Source: a virus (taxonomy: Duplodnaviria > Caudoviricetes). From it: a DNA stretch of 64,000 nucleotides. The notes under the pieces are model-generated. The model was not told where the DNA came from, did not search any database, and worked only from the letters and a program-made list of their open reading frames with translations. Positions 50,409 to 61,547 of the stretch are shown piece by piece. The position numbers and the translations under genes are program-made. The stretch covers positions 1-64,000 of the IMG/VR virus record IMGVR_UViG_3300021400_000244. The stretch is one strand, 5' to 3'. Within the stretch, counting starts at the first letter, position 1. Each line of letters starts with the position of its first letter.

Positions 50409-51399
50409 TGCCTACAGCTTCCGTGAGTTCATCTACAATAAGAACAAGTTGTTCTGCTTGATCACGAGACATTTCAGAAACTTTCTTACCCTTACCAAGA
50501 TACTTATCAGTAATAGCTACGATGCGAGGTGCCCAAGTAGTACCAAATGCACCACCAGTTGCATTTTGAATCTTAGAAACTAGCTCATTAAATTGATTCA
50601 TAAGTGCGTCAAAATCAAGTTCTGGCTCTGCAACATGTGCCTGAGTAGGAGCATCAGTTACATATTTTCCATTAAAATCTTGTGCTTGACGATCTATTGC
50701 GTCACCAATTGCGTTAACGAGATTATCATAACTAAACTCGATACTGTCAGGGGTATATTTAAATCTGGAACCAGCCACAAAGCGAGGGGTGCCGCGCATG
50801 AATAGAGTCGTATGTACAGTTCCATCTTCCTCTTGGAAGGGATGGGCATAACCAATGATGTCACTCATACGGTCGACCACAAGACGAGGTTGGTTAGCGA
50901 GAGTAGGGACAATTTGCTGGTACTCCTCTCCTTCACTATCTTTAAATGTTTTATCTTGTGAATGACTAATCATAATTAATCCATAATTTCGTTGAGGAAT
51001 TGATCTAAGAGCTTCATCAAATTCTTTCTTAGCTAAAGCATACCCTTTTCCAAAAGGTAAATCTCCTATTGTAGAAACTCCATTTGCACTACAGATATAT
51101 TTTTCACAAAGATCATAAGCAATATCTACTGTATCAATAATAATATTGTCAAATTTTGCTTGAACTTTTTCATCATTTAGCTGTCTTAGAATTTGTTTAA
51201 ATTCAGACCACTTATTAACAGGCTGAGCCATTACACCAGGGATAGCCAAATATCCTGTCTCAAAAGCTAATAGTAAAGCATTAGGAAATTTAGATGCAGT
51301 AGTTGTCTTACCGGTTTTGGGTTCACCATATAGTAACACAGTATAACCTTTAAGATCTCTTGATACTTCATGCGGGGTAATATCTAAAAGATTAATCAT
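50398..51399 (-). CDS. AAA_24/Sak4-like P-loop ATPase
   Basis: GEPKTGKTT, IIIDT and MISH; near SSB. Confidence 0.8.
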   Translation of the reverse strand: MINLLDITPHEVSRDLKGYTVLLYGEPKTGKTTTASKFPNALLLAFETGYLAIPGVMAQPVNKWSEFKQILRQLNDEKVQAKFDNIIIDTVDIAYDLCEKYICSANGVSTIGDLPFGKGYALAKKEFDEALRSIPQRNYGLIMISHSQDKTFKDSEGEEYQQIVPTLANQPRLVVDRMSDIIGYAHPFQEEDGTVHTTLFMRGTPRFVAGSRFKYTPDSIEFSYDNLVNAIGDAIDRQAQDFNGKYVTDAPTQAHVAEPELDFDALMNQFNELVSKIQNATGGAFGTTWAPRIVAITDKYLGKGKKVSEMSRDQAEQLVLIVDELTEAVGNGL

Positions 51400-52138
51400 T
51401 AAGTACCTCCCATAAATAATCGGTATTAATTTTATTATAATCAGTATAAGGTATTCTAATAAGTTTTATATTATTGTCTTTACAATATTGATTTTTAATA
51501 TTATCTCTATATTGGGTATTCTTTAAAGATTCTCAATGATTATTGTCTATATAATGCTGTATACCATCATACTCAATACAACAATTATAATTAGGTAAAT
51601 AAAAATCAAAATATAAAATATGACCAGTTTTAGGATTTTTACAATCATTGAAACTTTTTTGTGTTTCAAACAATATTTTCATAGTTTTTAAACAAGTAGA
51701 TATTAAGCGTTCTCCCTTAGATTTTAAGCATCCGCAAGAAGTTTTTTTCCCAGATATTAAATCTCCGGCAGTTGCAGTAGTAATGTTTCCGCATTCGCAT
51801 TTGCATTTTCAAATTCATTTTCTTTGAGAAGTTTTACCAATTGGATATAAGGCAATTAATTTTCCAAATTTTTGATTAGTTAAATCTTTTTTCATTTGAC
51901 CGCCATATTTTTTTCCAAGCTCTTCTCCTCTTTTTTTCATCACTCTTTTATTTCAACAGCCACAACTTTGAGTTAATCCAGATTGAACACTATTAATTCT
52001 TGTTTCAAATTTTTCTTGGCAATAAGGACATTGAAATAGACCTAATCATTTATTTTGATTATCTTTTATTGTACGTTTAATCATAAGAATATGATGGGGA
52101 CCAATATAATCCCCATCATGATATTTAAATTTAGTCAT
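51392..52138 (-). CDS. Free-standing homing endonuclease (Vsr/EDxHD-like), 248 aa (TGA=Trp)
   Basis: CPYC and SCGC; DLTNQKFGKL...WKCKCECG; FDFYLPNYNCCIEYDGIQH; LIRIPY; TAATG overlap with the SSB stop. Confidence 0.8.
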
Positions 52139-53115
52139 TAAAACTTAAAGTTAGATGCGGCAGTGGGTGAGGGAACTGTTGTAGTTCCACCTGCAAAAGG
52201 TGGATCATTATCTACACTCATGTTTGCAGAAGCGGGGAAACCACTCTGACCCGCAGAAGAATTATTACGAGCTTCTGCACGAGCCTTAGCCTCAGCCTTC
52301 TGCTGCTCACGATTCTGTAGACCCTGCTTAAATTCTGCTACAGTAATTGTAGACTCATCATCCCAAGGATAGGGTTCAGGAGAACAACCTTCCATCTGCC
52401 ACATACGAAGAGTACGAGTTGAATACTCAACTTGCGGAGCTCCCCAAGCAGTCTCTACTTGACGCTCAATCTTCTGAGTTGAAGATACAATCTTACCCCA
52501 GACATAAACTAAATAGGGAGTATTAATTGAAATATCAAGACTCTCAAAATATTTAATGCCGCCCGCATCAGTTAGAGAATAAGTTACTGGAATAAGATCA
52601 CCACGGAAATTAAATACATAACCCATAATGTTCATATAATCATTTCCATTTTCAACCTCAACTAGATTTGCTCCAGTAATGAGCATATCAGTCTCAAAGT
52701 TATTACGCTTATCACGGAAACCATCATTCGCATAATGAGTAAATCCGCCACGAACTTGCTTAGACTCAACCATATTACCATCGCGGCCCATGAAATCATT
52801 TACCTCAACATCACCTTGGATACGAAGCTTGGTTGCCTTATCCTTACCATCCTTCTCCCAAGTGGCACCACCATCAATAAGAGCCTTTAGAATTGTATAA
52901 GTCTCATTCTCCTTACCACTCTTCCAGAAAGGCACAACATAGGTATAACGAACACTTACAATATTAATTCCATCCTCGTCAGTTGCAATGTTTACAGTAC
53001 CATTAATATACTCCTGACCAGGATTCTTACTATTTGGACCTGCTACATTTGCAAAGAGACTAAAATTATAGACATAACCTTCTACATACACAACATTTTT
53101 CCAATTATCACGCAT
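52138..53115 (-). CDS. Putative single-stranded DNA-binding protein, 325 aa
   Basis: Two beta-rich OB-like regions and a low-complexity tail ending in aromatic residues; replication-cluster context. Confidence 0.6.
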   Translation of the reverse strand: MRDNWKNVVYVEGYVYNFSLFANVAGPNSKNPGQEYINGTVNIATDEDGINIVSVRYTYVVPFWKSGKENETYTILKALIDGGATWEKDGKDKATKLRIQGDVEVNDFMGRDGNMVESKQVRGGFTHYANDGFRDKRNNFETDMLITGANLVEVENGNDYMNIMGYVFNFRGDLIPVTYSLTDAGGIKYFESLDISINTPYLVYVWGKIVSSTQKIERQVETAWGAPQVEYSTRTLRMWQMEGCSPEPYPWDDESTITVAEFKQGLQNREQQKAEAKARAEARNNSSAGQSGFPASANMSVDNDPPFAGGTTTVPSPTAASNFKF

Positions 53116-53155
53116 ATAAATTCCTCTTTCGATCGTCTCTTTTTCTTACATATAT

Positions 53156-53184
53156 ATTATATAATATATTTTATTGTCCGTCAA
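53156..53184 (-). promoter_or_regulatory. Sigma70-type promoter
   Basis: TTGACG-17-TATAAT. Confidence 0.7.
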
Positions 53185-53845
53185 CTGCATTTTCTTGGGT
53201 TAGATCAGGAAATTCTCCAGTAATCCATTCCTGCATTGGAAGCGTATGAACCCAATTAACAAAGTCTTCACGCCAGCCTGAGAGACGATGATTCTTACGC
53301 TGATTATACATAGTACGAAGAACTTGATAATTAAGACTTACCATGCGAGTCTGGAGAAAACCTTCAGGAAGCATAGCTTTAATCTTCTCGAAATATTGTT
53401 CTTTAATATCACCAGGTTCTAACTGTTTATAAAGATCAATAAGATCATTAATTGCTTGAATATAAGTAAGCATAGTATTATTAGCAATTTCATCTTCACC
53501 AAAAGTAAAATAAATATCTTCTGGCTTAACCCCATCGCGCATTAGAGTATGCATTGTAGACTGAGAATTTTCAGTTGTACCAATTTTATAAGTTGCTTCT
53601 TCTGCCCACCAAAAACGTGGAGCTGTAATATTTACCCATACACCAATTTGACGAAGGAACTTGGCATGTTCAGGACTTCCAGCTTGAATTAATTTTTTAG
53701 CTAGATTATAATCTGCATCACCAATTAGAAGCCCACCTTTCTCATCAATTTTTGTATCAGCTTTATTGTATGATTTTAAAGGATGACGCATACCTGCAAT
53801 TGCAGAAATAAAACCAGCAATTTCTACTGTTTGAAAATTAACCAT
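53171..53845 (-). CDS. ThyX-like (flavin-dependent thymidylate synthase fold) protein
   Basis: EHAKFLRQI...ITAPRFWW...NSQSTMH...LPEGFLQTR...NYQVLR...RKNHRL; the canonical RHR motif is divergent. Confidence 0.6.
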   Translation of the reverse strand: MVNFQTVEIAGFISAIAGMRHPLKSYNKADTKIDEKGGLLIGDADYNLAKKLIQAGSPEHAKFLRQIGVWVNITAPRFWWAEEATYKIGTTENSQSTMHTLMRDGVKPEDIYFTFGEDEIANNTMLTYIQAINDLIDLYKQLEPGDIKEQYFEKIKAMLPEGFLQTRMVSLNYQVLRTMYNQRKNHRLSGWREDFVNWVHTLPMQEWITGEFPDLTQENAVDGQ

Positions 53846-54846
53846 TAACCTACTCCCTTATTTCCATTATATCCAATAGCATCTGAATTATATAACTCAA
53901 TAAAATATTTTTCTTTTTCGTTTAATTGGCTAGACTCACACTCCAAAAGAAGTTCAAAAGAAAAAGAATCTAATCCATACTCTTGTATTGCGGCATATAA
54001 TTGATTACCTTGCGGCGTATCAATTCCAATTCCAGCTTTGCAATGATCCATTCATCTGCGGCGAATGTCAGTAGCTTGACCGATATAACATTCACCAGTT
54101 TCTTGATTCGTAATTTTATATATGCCGCATACATCAGTCTTACCTAGAATTTTAGGGAATTTTTTCTTAGCAATAGGAGAATAATAAGCCTGTCAAATTG
54201 CCATTAAAATTGACCTAGGTTTTGAAATTCGCTTAGCAACTCCCCGCAAGATATTTACATCACCTAATTCTTCTTGCGGAAGAATTAAACAATAGTAATC
54301 TTTATTCTCTTGGATATGTTTCTCTTGTTGAGCTGCGGTAATAGCGGCCGCATGTGTTGCTTTTAAAGATTCTAATTGTTCTTTTTCAGTTTTAATATAT
54401 TCTGTTAAAGTCTTTAATGTTGATTCATAATATTCTTTTGAATCTTTAAAATCTCTTTCTAATTCTAGAAGTTTCTTTTGATATACAGCATCAGCTTTTT
54501 CATTAGCCAATTTTTCTGATTGGTCAATAAAATCTTGAATTTCTTTTTTCTGTTCTTTTTTTGATTTTAATTCACTATCTAATAAAATTTTTTCTTGCTT
54601 TTTAACATAATAATTATGAGTTAATAGACTAAAATCATTATCTAAAATATCATTTCGTTCTTCTAATTCTGATTTTTTATTTGTAAGATAATCAATGTCA
54701 TCTTCAAGTTCTCTTCTTCTTTCTAAAATTTTATTATTAATATCCTCTATTGGTTCAACAGATTTACAACCTAATCAATAACAAAATCAAGCAAGAATTA
54801 TATCAGTAATAAAAATAACAACAGGAATTATTATATTTCAATTCAT
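53845..54846 (-). CDS. Membrane-anchored coiled-coil protein with C-terminal GIY-YIG nuclease domain, 333 aa (TGA=Trp)
   Basis: MNWNIIIPVVIFITDIILAWFCYWLG; coiled coil; CGIYKITNQETGECYIGQATDIRRRW...LNEKEKYFIE...GYN. Confidence 0.75.
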
Positions 54847-54919
54847 AATAAAATAGCGGAGATAAGATTAACTCCTACCTCCGCTCTCCTTTTATCTCTA
54901 TTAAATTTAAAATTCTAAC

Positions 54920-55168
54920 TTACTCTTTTTCAGCATTGGGATCAGCAGTAACACCATCAGCAGTAAGAACGATGCGCTTATCCTTCTCGCCCTCAACGAC
55001 AACACGCTCAACTAGACCCTTGCGGACAAGACCGTTAAGGACACCAGTGATAGAACGACCCTCAATGTCAAGAGCAGCTGCAATATCCTTAGAAGTTAGA
55101 TTTTCACCCTCATGAGCCTGAAGGAAAGTTAGTACTGCTTGAGCTTTATCAGAAAATAGTTTAGCCAT
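54920..55168 (-). CDS. Winged-helix DNA-binding protein, 82 aa
   Basis: LTSKDIAAALDIEGRSITGVLNGLVRKGLVER. Confidence 0.75.
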   Translation of the reverse strand: MAKLFSDKAQAVLTFLQAHEGENLTSKDIAAALDIEGRSITGVLNGLVRKGLVERVVVEGEKDKRIVLTADGVTADPNAEKE

Positions 55169-55223
55169 AATAGGACTCCTTTTCTCTCTTGGAACCTTGT
55201 TCCTTTTATTTTATTTCTAATAT

Positions 55224-55309
55224 ATTATACTACTTATTTGATAAAAAGTCAAGAACTTTTTTCTTAACTTCTTTAATTAAATTATATCATTTAATTTATA
55301 GTTTGTCAA
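55224..55309 (-). promoter_or_regulatory. Tandem sigma70-type promoters for the wHTH gene
   Basis: TTGACA-17-TATAAT at 55309-55281 and TTGACT-17-TATAAT at 55252-55224. Confidence 0.75.
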
Positions 55310-56431
55310 CTAAAAAATTTCTTCATACTTACAATCTTCTGGATTTTTATCATCACGCATTCTAATAAATACTGGATGCCGCAATGCACCATCCTTAGTG
55401 GTAGACATTGCTTCGCATTCTACAACATGACCAATATAATTATCAGGATTTTGCGCCATATCTTCTCGTGTAGCATCAGTAAAACCAGAAGCTACACGGC
55501 CTACTTCTACAAGCTCACCAGCTTTATAAAGACCTAGTGTCATAGCATTTTTCCATCCAAAGAACCAAGGCTTAGTTACTGGCTCCCAAAGATGCGGATT
55601 CTGTTGATAATCTTTATAATGATAACCATAAAAATCATGCCATTGATATGCACCATTTTGATCTTGTTCACCACGTTCAATTCAGTATTGCCAAGTTTCA
55701 ATCTCTTTTCCCGTATAGACTCTAACTGGATCTTCTAGTCCAATGCAGACAAGATCAATGCTATCCATGTGCTGTTTCATTTTGAAATATGTTTTAGTAG
55801 GACGTTTACCTGGCTCATAAATAGCATCGGCCTTTTTAAAGACCATGCCCTCTCCACCATTGCTCAAAATATCATGAAGAGTTTGTTCAAAATTATCTGT
55901 ATAAACATGAGCCATTTCTACATAAACATTAATATCTTGTTTGTAGAACCAATCTTGAAATTTTTTAAAACGAGCTACGAACCCAGTGTTGCAAAAGTTA
56001 ATACCGTTAAAACGGATACAATCAAATATATAATAATGAATAAAGCCACCATAACCCGTGCCTTTTTGTCTCGCAATCGCATTTGTTGGTGTACACCCCA
56101 TAATCTTTGTCACGTCATTGCTTTTACCACCAGGAACATAAATCTCGCCAAGTACGACTGTATCATCAGGAAGTGACTTTGCCCACTCTACAATATGCGG
56201 AACATTAGCACTCTTCTCTACAAGCTCACCGGTTTTACGAGACTTTGTTCTTGCAAAAAGATAAATATGATTATCGTCAATTTTCTCTAACATATAAAGA
56301 GCACCATCATATTTTTGCTGAGCCACCCATTGACCGTTACCTTTAAAAGCTTCATCAATAAGTGTTTGACTTGGTGACCCATTATACTTCATTGGTTCCA
56401 ATTGATAACTACCAAGATAAAGTTCACTCAT
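55310..56431 (-). CDS. ATP-dependent DNA ligase, 373 aa (1 TGA=Trp)
   Basis: QKYDG, LGEIY, IFDCI, GEGMVFK and YEPGKR; C-terminal VASGF...LRHPVFIRMRDDK; the two track fragments are joined by one TGA. Confidence 0.88.
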
Positions 56432-56453
56432 AATTCTCCTTTCTTTTAAATAT

Positions 56454-56495
56454 ATTATATAATAAAAAAAGGGACTTGTAAAGTCCCTTTTCTTT
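56454..56495 (-). promoter_or_regulatory. Promoter overlapping a terminator hairpin
   Basis: TTTACA-17-TATAAT with the -35 box in the loop of the aaaagggact...agtccctttt inverted repeat. Confidence 0.6.
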
Positions 56496-58590
56496 AGGAG
56501 AGTCGATTTCCTTTTCCGGCTCTGTGCTGTACTGGTAAGGCTTTTGACATAGCTCCCACACTAACTCGAACAATGGTAGCTCCTTCATTAAGAGCAATAC
56601 CCTTAACACCCTTCGCAGTTTTTCCAACAGGATTAATCTCGTCGAGTTTAAATTGAATACCCATTTGGTCTGAGGTAACCAGCGTCATGTAATCTCCATT
56701 TGTTTCTCCAAACCAGATGAATGAATCATCTTCATTAAGCCCTGCACACTTCATACCACGCTTATTCTGAGTACTACCAATGAAAATAGTTTTATCAGAT
56801 TTCTTTACTAGACCTTTTTCAGTTACACCTGTAATATAAGGATGCTTTTGATCAATATTCATATTAGTCATATAAAGAATCTTTTCATTGGGCTCAAGAG
56901 AAAGAATTGCCCCAAGAGCAGTACCCTTATCAGCGGCTGCACACTGTTTAATCTCTCCGACTTTTAGACGATACATCTTCCCAAGAGAAGAGAATAATAG
57001 AATAATATCATCTGTGCGGGCCTTTACTTTTTCAATATTGATTCTAGCTTCACGGTAAACCTTAACAGGAATACTCTTTAGATACCCTTGCATTGTGCGA
57101 GTTACAATAACATCTTCGATAATAAGTTCCTTAGCTTTTTTCGCTGTAGACGTTTTAGGAATATCTTTTTGAATTACATCTGTGCGGCGTTTATCACCAA
57201 ACTTTTTAACCAGATCCCGCAAACGCTCTGCAAGAATTTCAGTTTGCTTTTTATAAGATTCAATTACTTCTTGATAAGTTAGAGCTAATTGCTTCTTCTC
57301 TTGGAGTTCATTTGCAATTGCGATTTGATCCATATTAGTAAGACGACTTAGTGTCATCTTTAGAATAGCATCAGCTTGTTCAAAACTTAGTTGATATTTC
57401 TCGCAAAGATTAGTCGCCGCAATTGATTTATTTTTACTACTTTTAATAAGTTCAATTACATTATCAATATCTTCTAGTGCAATTGAAAGACCTTCAAGAA
57501 TGTGAATACGTTTTTGTGCGGCGTCAAGATCATATTCGTACTCACGCTTAATGCAGCCAGTATTATGCTCAATATAAGTATCCACATACTTCTTTAATGT
57601 AATCATAACTGGAGTTTTGCTAATGATTCCATTTTGATTAGCATTAAATTGCTTACGGAGATTAGTAGCCGCAAACAATTGTGCTACAACTTTTAGCGGT
57701 TCAACTCCTGGCGTACAAGTAACAACAAGTGAAATGCGCTTCTTATCAGACTTATTATACACATCTGCGATACCAGTAATTTTTTCTTCATCAATTGCTT
57801 TTTTAATTTCATCAATTACTGGTTCAATAAAAACTTGGTAAGGCAATTCATAAAAATCAATTTCATTTCCGCTAATTTTAAACTTACTTTCAACTATAAC
57901 TCTACCTCGACCTGTTTTATTAATTGTGGCAAGTTCATCCTTATTAATAATTGTTCCACCAGTGGGGAAGTCAGGATAAAAATTATCTTCATCTAGTTCT
58001 CCGGTTTCAATATAATGAAGGAGAAGTCCTGCGGACTCACTGAAGGAATGTGGTAGCCATACGTTCGATAAAGAAACTCCGATTCCTTGGGCTCCATTCA
58101 CGAGAAGTCTTGGGAAGATAGCAGGTAATACCGTGGGCCATTCATCATCCTCGCTAAAATTGGACTGCATTGGCACAACAGATTTCTGAATGTTTCCAAG
58201 CATTCCTTGCTCGACGATAGGAGCAAGTCGAGCTTCTGTGTATCGATCTGCGGCGATTGCATCTCCTCCGAGAATGACGTTACCATTTGATCCATGAAAA
58301 TCTACCTCCGGTATATTATTTGTAAAAGGCTGAGACATACGAGCAAAAGTCTCATAAATTGCAGTAGTACCGTGCGGCCACCACAATGCAGCAACTCCAC
58401 CAGAAATCTTTGCAGACTTTACATGGGGCTTTTTACTAGTATATTTCTTAGTGTACATTTCCCAAAGACAAGCTCGCTGTCCATCTTTAAGACCGTCGCG
58501 AATATCTGGAAAAGCTCTTCGACAATTAGTTTCATAAGAACTGTCTAAAAAATTATAACTAAGTTCTTCGCAAATATCAATTTTATTCAT
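56494..58590 (-). CDS. gyrA: Type IIA topoisomerase subunit A (GyrA/ParC-like)
   Basis: RAFPDIRDGLK, WPHG, AADRYTEARL (catalytic Tyr), LLVNGAQGI and PDFPTGG. Confidence 0.9.
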   Translation of the reverse strand: MNKIDICEELSYNFLDSSYETNCRRAFPDIRDGLKDGQRACLWEMYTKKYTSKKPHVKSAKISGGVAALWWPHGTTAIYETFARMSQPFTNNIPEVDFHGSNGNVILGGDAIAADRYTEARLAPIVEQGMLGNIQKSVVPMQSNFSEDDEWPTVLPAIFPRLLVNGAQGIGVSLSNVWLPHSFSESAGLLLHYIETGELDEDNFYPDFPTGGTIINKDELATINKTGRGRVIVESKFKISGNEIDFYELPYQVFIEPVIDEIKKAIDEEKITGIADVYNKSDKKRISLVVTCTPGVEPLKVVAQLFAATNLRKQFNANQNGIISKTPVMITLKKYVDTYIEHNTGCIKREYEYDLDAAQKRIHILEGLSIALEDIDNVIELIKSSKNKSIAATNLCEKYQLSFEQADAILKMTLSRLTNMDQIAIANELQEKKQLALTYQEVIESYKKQTEILAERLRDLVKKFGDKRRTDVIQKDIPKTSTAKKAKELIIEDVIVTRTMQGYLKSIPVKVYREARINIEKVKARTDDIILLFSSLGKMYRLKVGEIKQCAAADKGTALGAILSLEPNEKILYMTNMNIDQKHPYITGVTEKGLVKKSDKTIFIGSTQNKRGMKCAGLNEDDSFIWFGETNGDYMTLVTSDQMGIQFKLDEINPVGKTAKGVKGIALNEGATIVRVSVGAMSKALPVQHRAGKGNRLS

Positions 58591-59347
58591 ATGACAAAAT
58601 TCCTTCCTTTATGAAAATTTCTTTTAGTCTTTGTTCTGTAATATCTAAAGGTCCTTTTCCATAAGGGATTCTAATTAAATGAATATTATTTGAATTACAA
58701 TATTCATTTTTTATTTTATCATTATTTTGTAATTGTGTAAAAGCTTTTTCTCCACCAAAATGAGAAACAATTTCTCGATGCTGCCTACCATCAATTTCAA
58801 TACAGCAATCATAATCTGGTAAATAAAAATCAAATCTTAATAAGAATCCTTTATTGCTTAAACAGTCTTTGAACGAATACTCTCTAAGATAGCTAATAGA
58901 ATGCTTTTGTAAAAAATTTAAAACTTTTTGTTCTCCTTGTGTAAATCCTTTTTGACAACCACAGCTATTAGTTTTATAAAATTCACTTGTCGTTAATTTA
59001 GTATAATTGCCGCAATCACATTGACATAGCCATAAATAGCTATTATCTTTAGCATGTTCGTTAGTTCTTTCGATAGCTACTAAATGTCCATGTCGTTCAT
59101 TTTTTATATCTTTTGCATGTGTCTGTAATTTACTAATACTTCGATAGCATCCACAAGAGCGAGTTTTTCCTCTTTTTACTTCGCCAATACGGGCATTAAA
59201 TTCATTGTTTTTACAATAAGGACATAAAAATTGAGCTCGTCTATTTTTTCTGCCACATGGTTGAGTATCTTGTTCAGTCTCATAAAGAAAAATTGCATTA
59301 TAAGGACCAATTAAGTCTCCTTTATGATACTCTATCCTCATCAACAA
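58583..59347 (-). CDS. Free-standing homing endonuclease (Vsr/EDxHD-like) between gyrB and gyrA
   Basis: CPYC, SCGC, WLCQCDCG; RFDFYLPDYDCCIEIDGRQH; LIRIPY. Confidence 0.8.
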   Translation of the reverse strand: MLMRIEYHKGDLIGPYNAIFLYETEQDTQPCGRKNRRAQFLCPYCKNNEFNARIGEVKRGKTRSCGCYRSISKLQTHAKDIKNERHGHLVAIERTNEHAKDNSYLWLCQCDCGNYTKLTTSEFYKTNSCGCQKGFTQGEQKVLNFLQKHSISYLREYSFKDCLSNKGFLLRFDFYLPDYDCCIEIDGRQHREIVSHFGGEKAFTQLQNNDKIKNEYCNSNNIHLIRIPYGKGPLDITEQRLKEIFIKEGILSYE

Positions 59348-61235
59348 TCAACTCCTCTCCATGCTCCTGAATATATCGAACTCTTGCTTCTACTCTTTTT
59401 CCATATAAATCTTCAAACATTTTATCCGTTTTAGCATAATCATCTACATATAATTGATAAATATTACGTGTAGCTGGATCGAGTAGACTAACACTTAGTT
59501 CTTCGCTATCCTGTTCTCCAAGTCCTTTGTTTCTTCCAATTGTATATCCTGTTTCTTTGGTTGTCTTTTTAAATTCCGCAAGATCTTCATCGTTATTGAG
59601 ATAAATATATTCATTCTTTTTTGTTGTAATTCGATAAAGAGGCGGAACAGCAGAATATACATGACCTTCTGTGATTAGTTCCGGGCACATATACCATAAA
59701 ATATTGAATAGAAGATTTTCAATGTGGTGCCCGTCAGGATCCGCGTCAGCTGCGGCGATAATCTTACCATAACGAAGTTTCTTTTCGTTGTATGTAAGTT
59801 TACAAGTTCTTTCATCTACATCAAGCCCAAGAGCTTGAACTAGATTGTTGATCTCTTGGTTTTTATAGATATTTGCAGTTGCAGTTTTGAGAACAGAAAG
59901 CATTTTACCACGTACACCATAAATAGCTTGAGTCTCACTGTCTCGTCCTGCGACCAAACCCGCTGCAGCGGATTTCCCTTCTGCTATAAACAGTTCACAC
60001 TTACTGCGATCTTTACTCCAACAATCTGTAAGAGTGGTAGGAAGCTGAATTGCCTTAGCCTTTACAGGGGCCGCAGCTTTAGCCTTTACACGTTCTCGAG
60101 CTTTCTTTGCAGCTTCTGCAGCTTTGCGGGCAACCAAAGCTTTTTCGATAATGTTTTTACCATCTTCAATATTATTATCTAGCCAAATCTCTAGTTGCTC
60201 ACCAAGAGTAGAAGTAATAAATCCAGTATCAATCTTAGTGATTGTGGACTTTACTTGCGCATCATATGCTACACCTTCTGCGGTAATATTAGCTACAAGT
60301 ACCATACCTTCTTGAAGAGAAGCACCATCAAGATTCTTATCTTTTGCTTTAAGAATACCTTGTTCTTTTGCCCACTTGTTAAGTGTGCGAGTAATGGTAG
60401 ACTTAATTGAAGTAATGTGCGGCCCCGCAGATGTAACTCCGCAATTAACATATGGTATAATACTAGAGCTGCCACGAGTGGTATAGCTCATTGCCAAAGA
60501 AATTGATTGTTTATCTTTCTTCTCTTGGATGATTAGAGGATTATTGATAATCTCAATTTCTTTTCCAAGATGCTTTTTAAGCAAATCTTGAATACCATTT
60601 TCATGTACAATCTCTTCATCATTAAAGATAATTGTAAGACCAGGACATAGACAAGTAATATCCTCGCAGAAATCCTTGAGCTTAGCTTTATTAACCATAA
60701 TCTTAGTAAAGAACTTTTGGCTAGGAATAAAAGCTACACAAGTACCTTGATGCCCTAGAAGATGCTTACCAACTTTACGCTCAAAGAAAATGCCATTCTT
60801 AAAGAAAATCTGCTCTGCATCATGATCAGCATTTTCAGTTGTAACTAGAAGCTGATCACTGAGGAAGTTGGTAGCTTTTGATCCAATACCATTTAGACCA
60901 ATTGCAGTACCTTCATATACTCCATCATCCTTATACTTACCAGATGTATTAATAACATCAAAGGATGCTTGGAGAACGGTTTCACCATCTTCACGCAGAA
61001 TATTAATTGGAAATCCTTGACCCCAATCTTCAATACACACTTGTGTATTATCACTAATTATAACTTGAATCTTATTGCCATGACCAATATTATATTCGTC
61101 AATAGCGTTGCCAAGAATCTCAATTGCAAGATGCGTAGGATCAGAGGTATCTCCAATATACATACCTGGCCGCAACTGCACATGTTCTCGAGCAGACAAA
61201 GACTCAATACTATCATCTTTATAAAGGTTATCCAT
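59322..61235 (-). CDS. gyrB: Type IIA topoisomerase subunit B (GyrB/ParE-like)
   Basis: EHVQLRPGMYIG, EILGNAIDE, GLNGIG, AEGKSA, VRGK, DADPDG and KGLGE; start at MDNLYK after the AAGGAGG RBS. Confidence 0.9.
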   Translation of the reverse strand: MDNLYKDDSIESLSAREHVQLRPGMYIGDTSDPTHLAIEILGNAIDEYNIGHGNKIQVIISDNTQVCIEDWGQGFPINILREDGETVLQASFDVINTSGKYKDDGVYEGTAIGLNGIGSKATNFLSDQLLVTTENADHDAEQIFFKNGIFFERKVGKHLLGHQGTCVAFIPSQKFFTKIMVNKAKLKDFCEDITCLCPGLTIIFNDEEIVHENGIQDLLKKHLGKEIEIINNPLIIQEKKDKQSISLAMSYTTRGSSSIIPYVNCGVTSAGPHITSIKSTITRTLNKWAKEQGILKAKDKNLDGASLQEGMVLVANITAEGVAYDAQVKSTITKIDTGFITSTLGEQLEIWLDNNIEDGKNIIEKALVARKAAEAAKKARERVKAKAAAPVKAKAIQLPTTLTDCWSKDRSKCELFIAEGKSAAAGLVAGRDSETQAIYGVRGKMLSVLKTATANIYKNQEINNLVQALGLDVDERTCKLTYNEKKLRYGKIIAAADADPDGHHIENLLFNILWYMCPELITEGHVYSAVPPLYRITTKKNEYIYLNNDEDLAEFKKTTKETGYTIGRNKGLGEQDSEELSVSLLDPATRNIYQLYVDDYAKTDKMFEDLYGKRVEARVRYIQEHGEELIVDEDRVS

Positions 61236-61260
61236 TAACCCTCCTTTCATTATCAATATA

Positions 61261-61289
61261 ATTATACCATAATAAAAAAATCCCGTCAA
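61261..61289 (-). promoter_or_regulatory. Sigma70-type promoter for gyrB-gyrA
   Basis: TTGACG-17-TATAAT with extended -10 TG. Confidence 0.7.
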
Positions 61290-61323
61290 GACTTTTAATT
61301 CGTCTTAACGGGAAGAAAAATTT

Positions 61324-61545
61324 TTAATCTACTGTAAATTCGAGACTGATATGCTTGCGATGACGATCATGTACTAGCCGCATCTTACCTGTGCGGCGAC
61401 TGGAAAGTAGAATTTTTACTTTGCCACTCTGATTATCTACCCATGCTCCATGATAAAGCCAGAGAGCATCTTCATAACGAACAACTGATTTATCTTCTAC
61501 GAGTTTACGATGGTCTTTGTCGTAAGCTTGAACTGGTTTCCGCAT
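61324..61545 (-). CDS. Hypothetical protein, 73 aa
   Basis: Track ORF with AAGGAG RBS. Confidence 0.65.
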   Translation of the reverse strand: MRKPVQAYDKDHRKLVEDKSVVRYEDALWLYHGAWVDNQSGKVKILLSSRRTGKMRLVHDRHRKHISLEFTVD

Positions 61546-61547
61546 AT

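Noticed and set aside
61236-61289. gyrB start at TTG 61289 as given in the track
   Set aside because: That TTG is the -35 box of the promoter; the RBS supports ATG 61235
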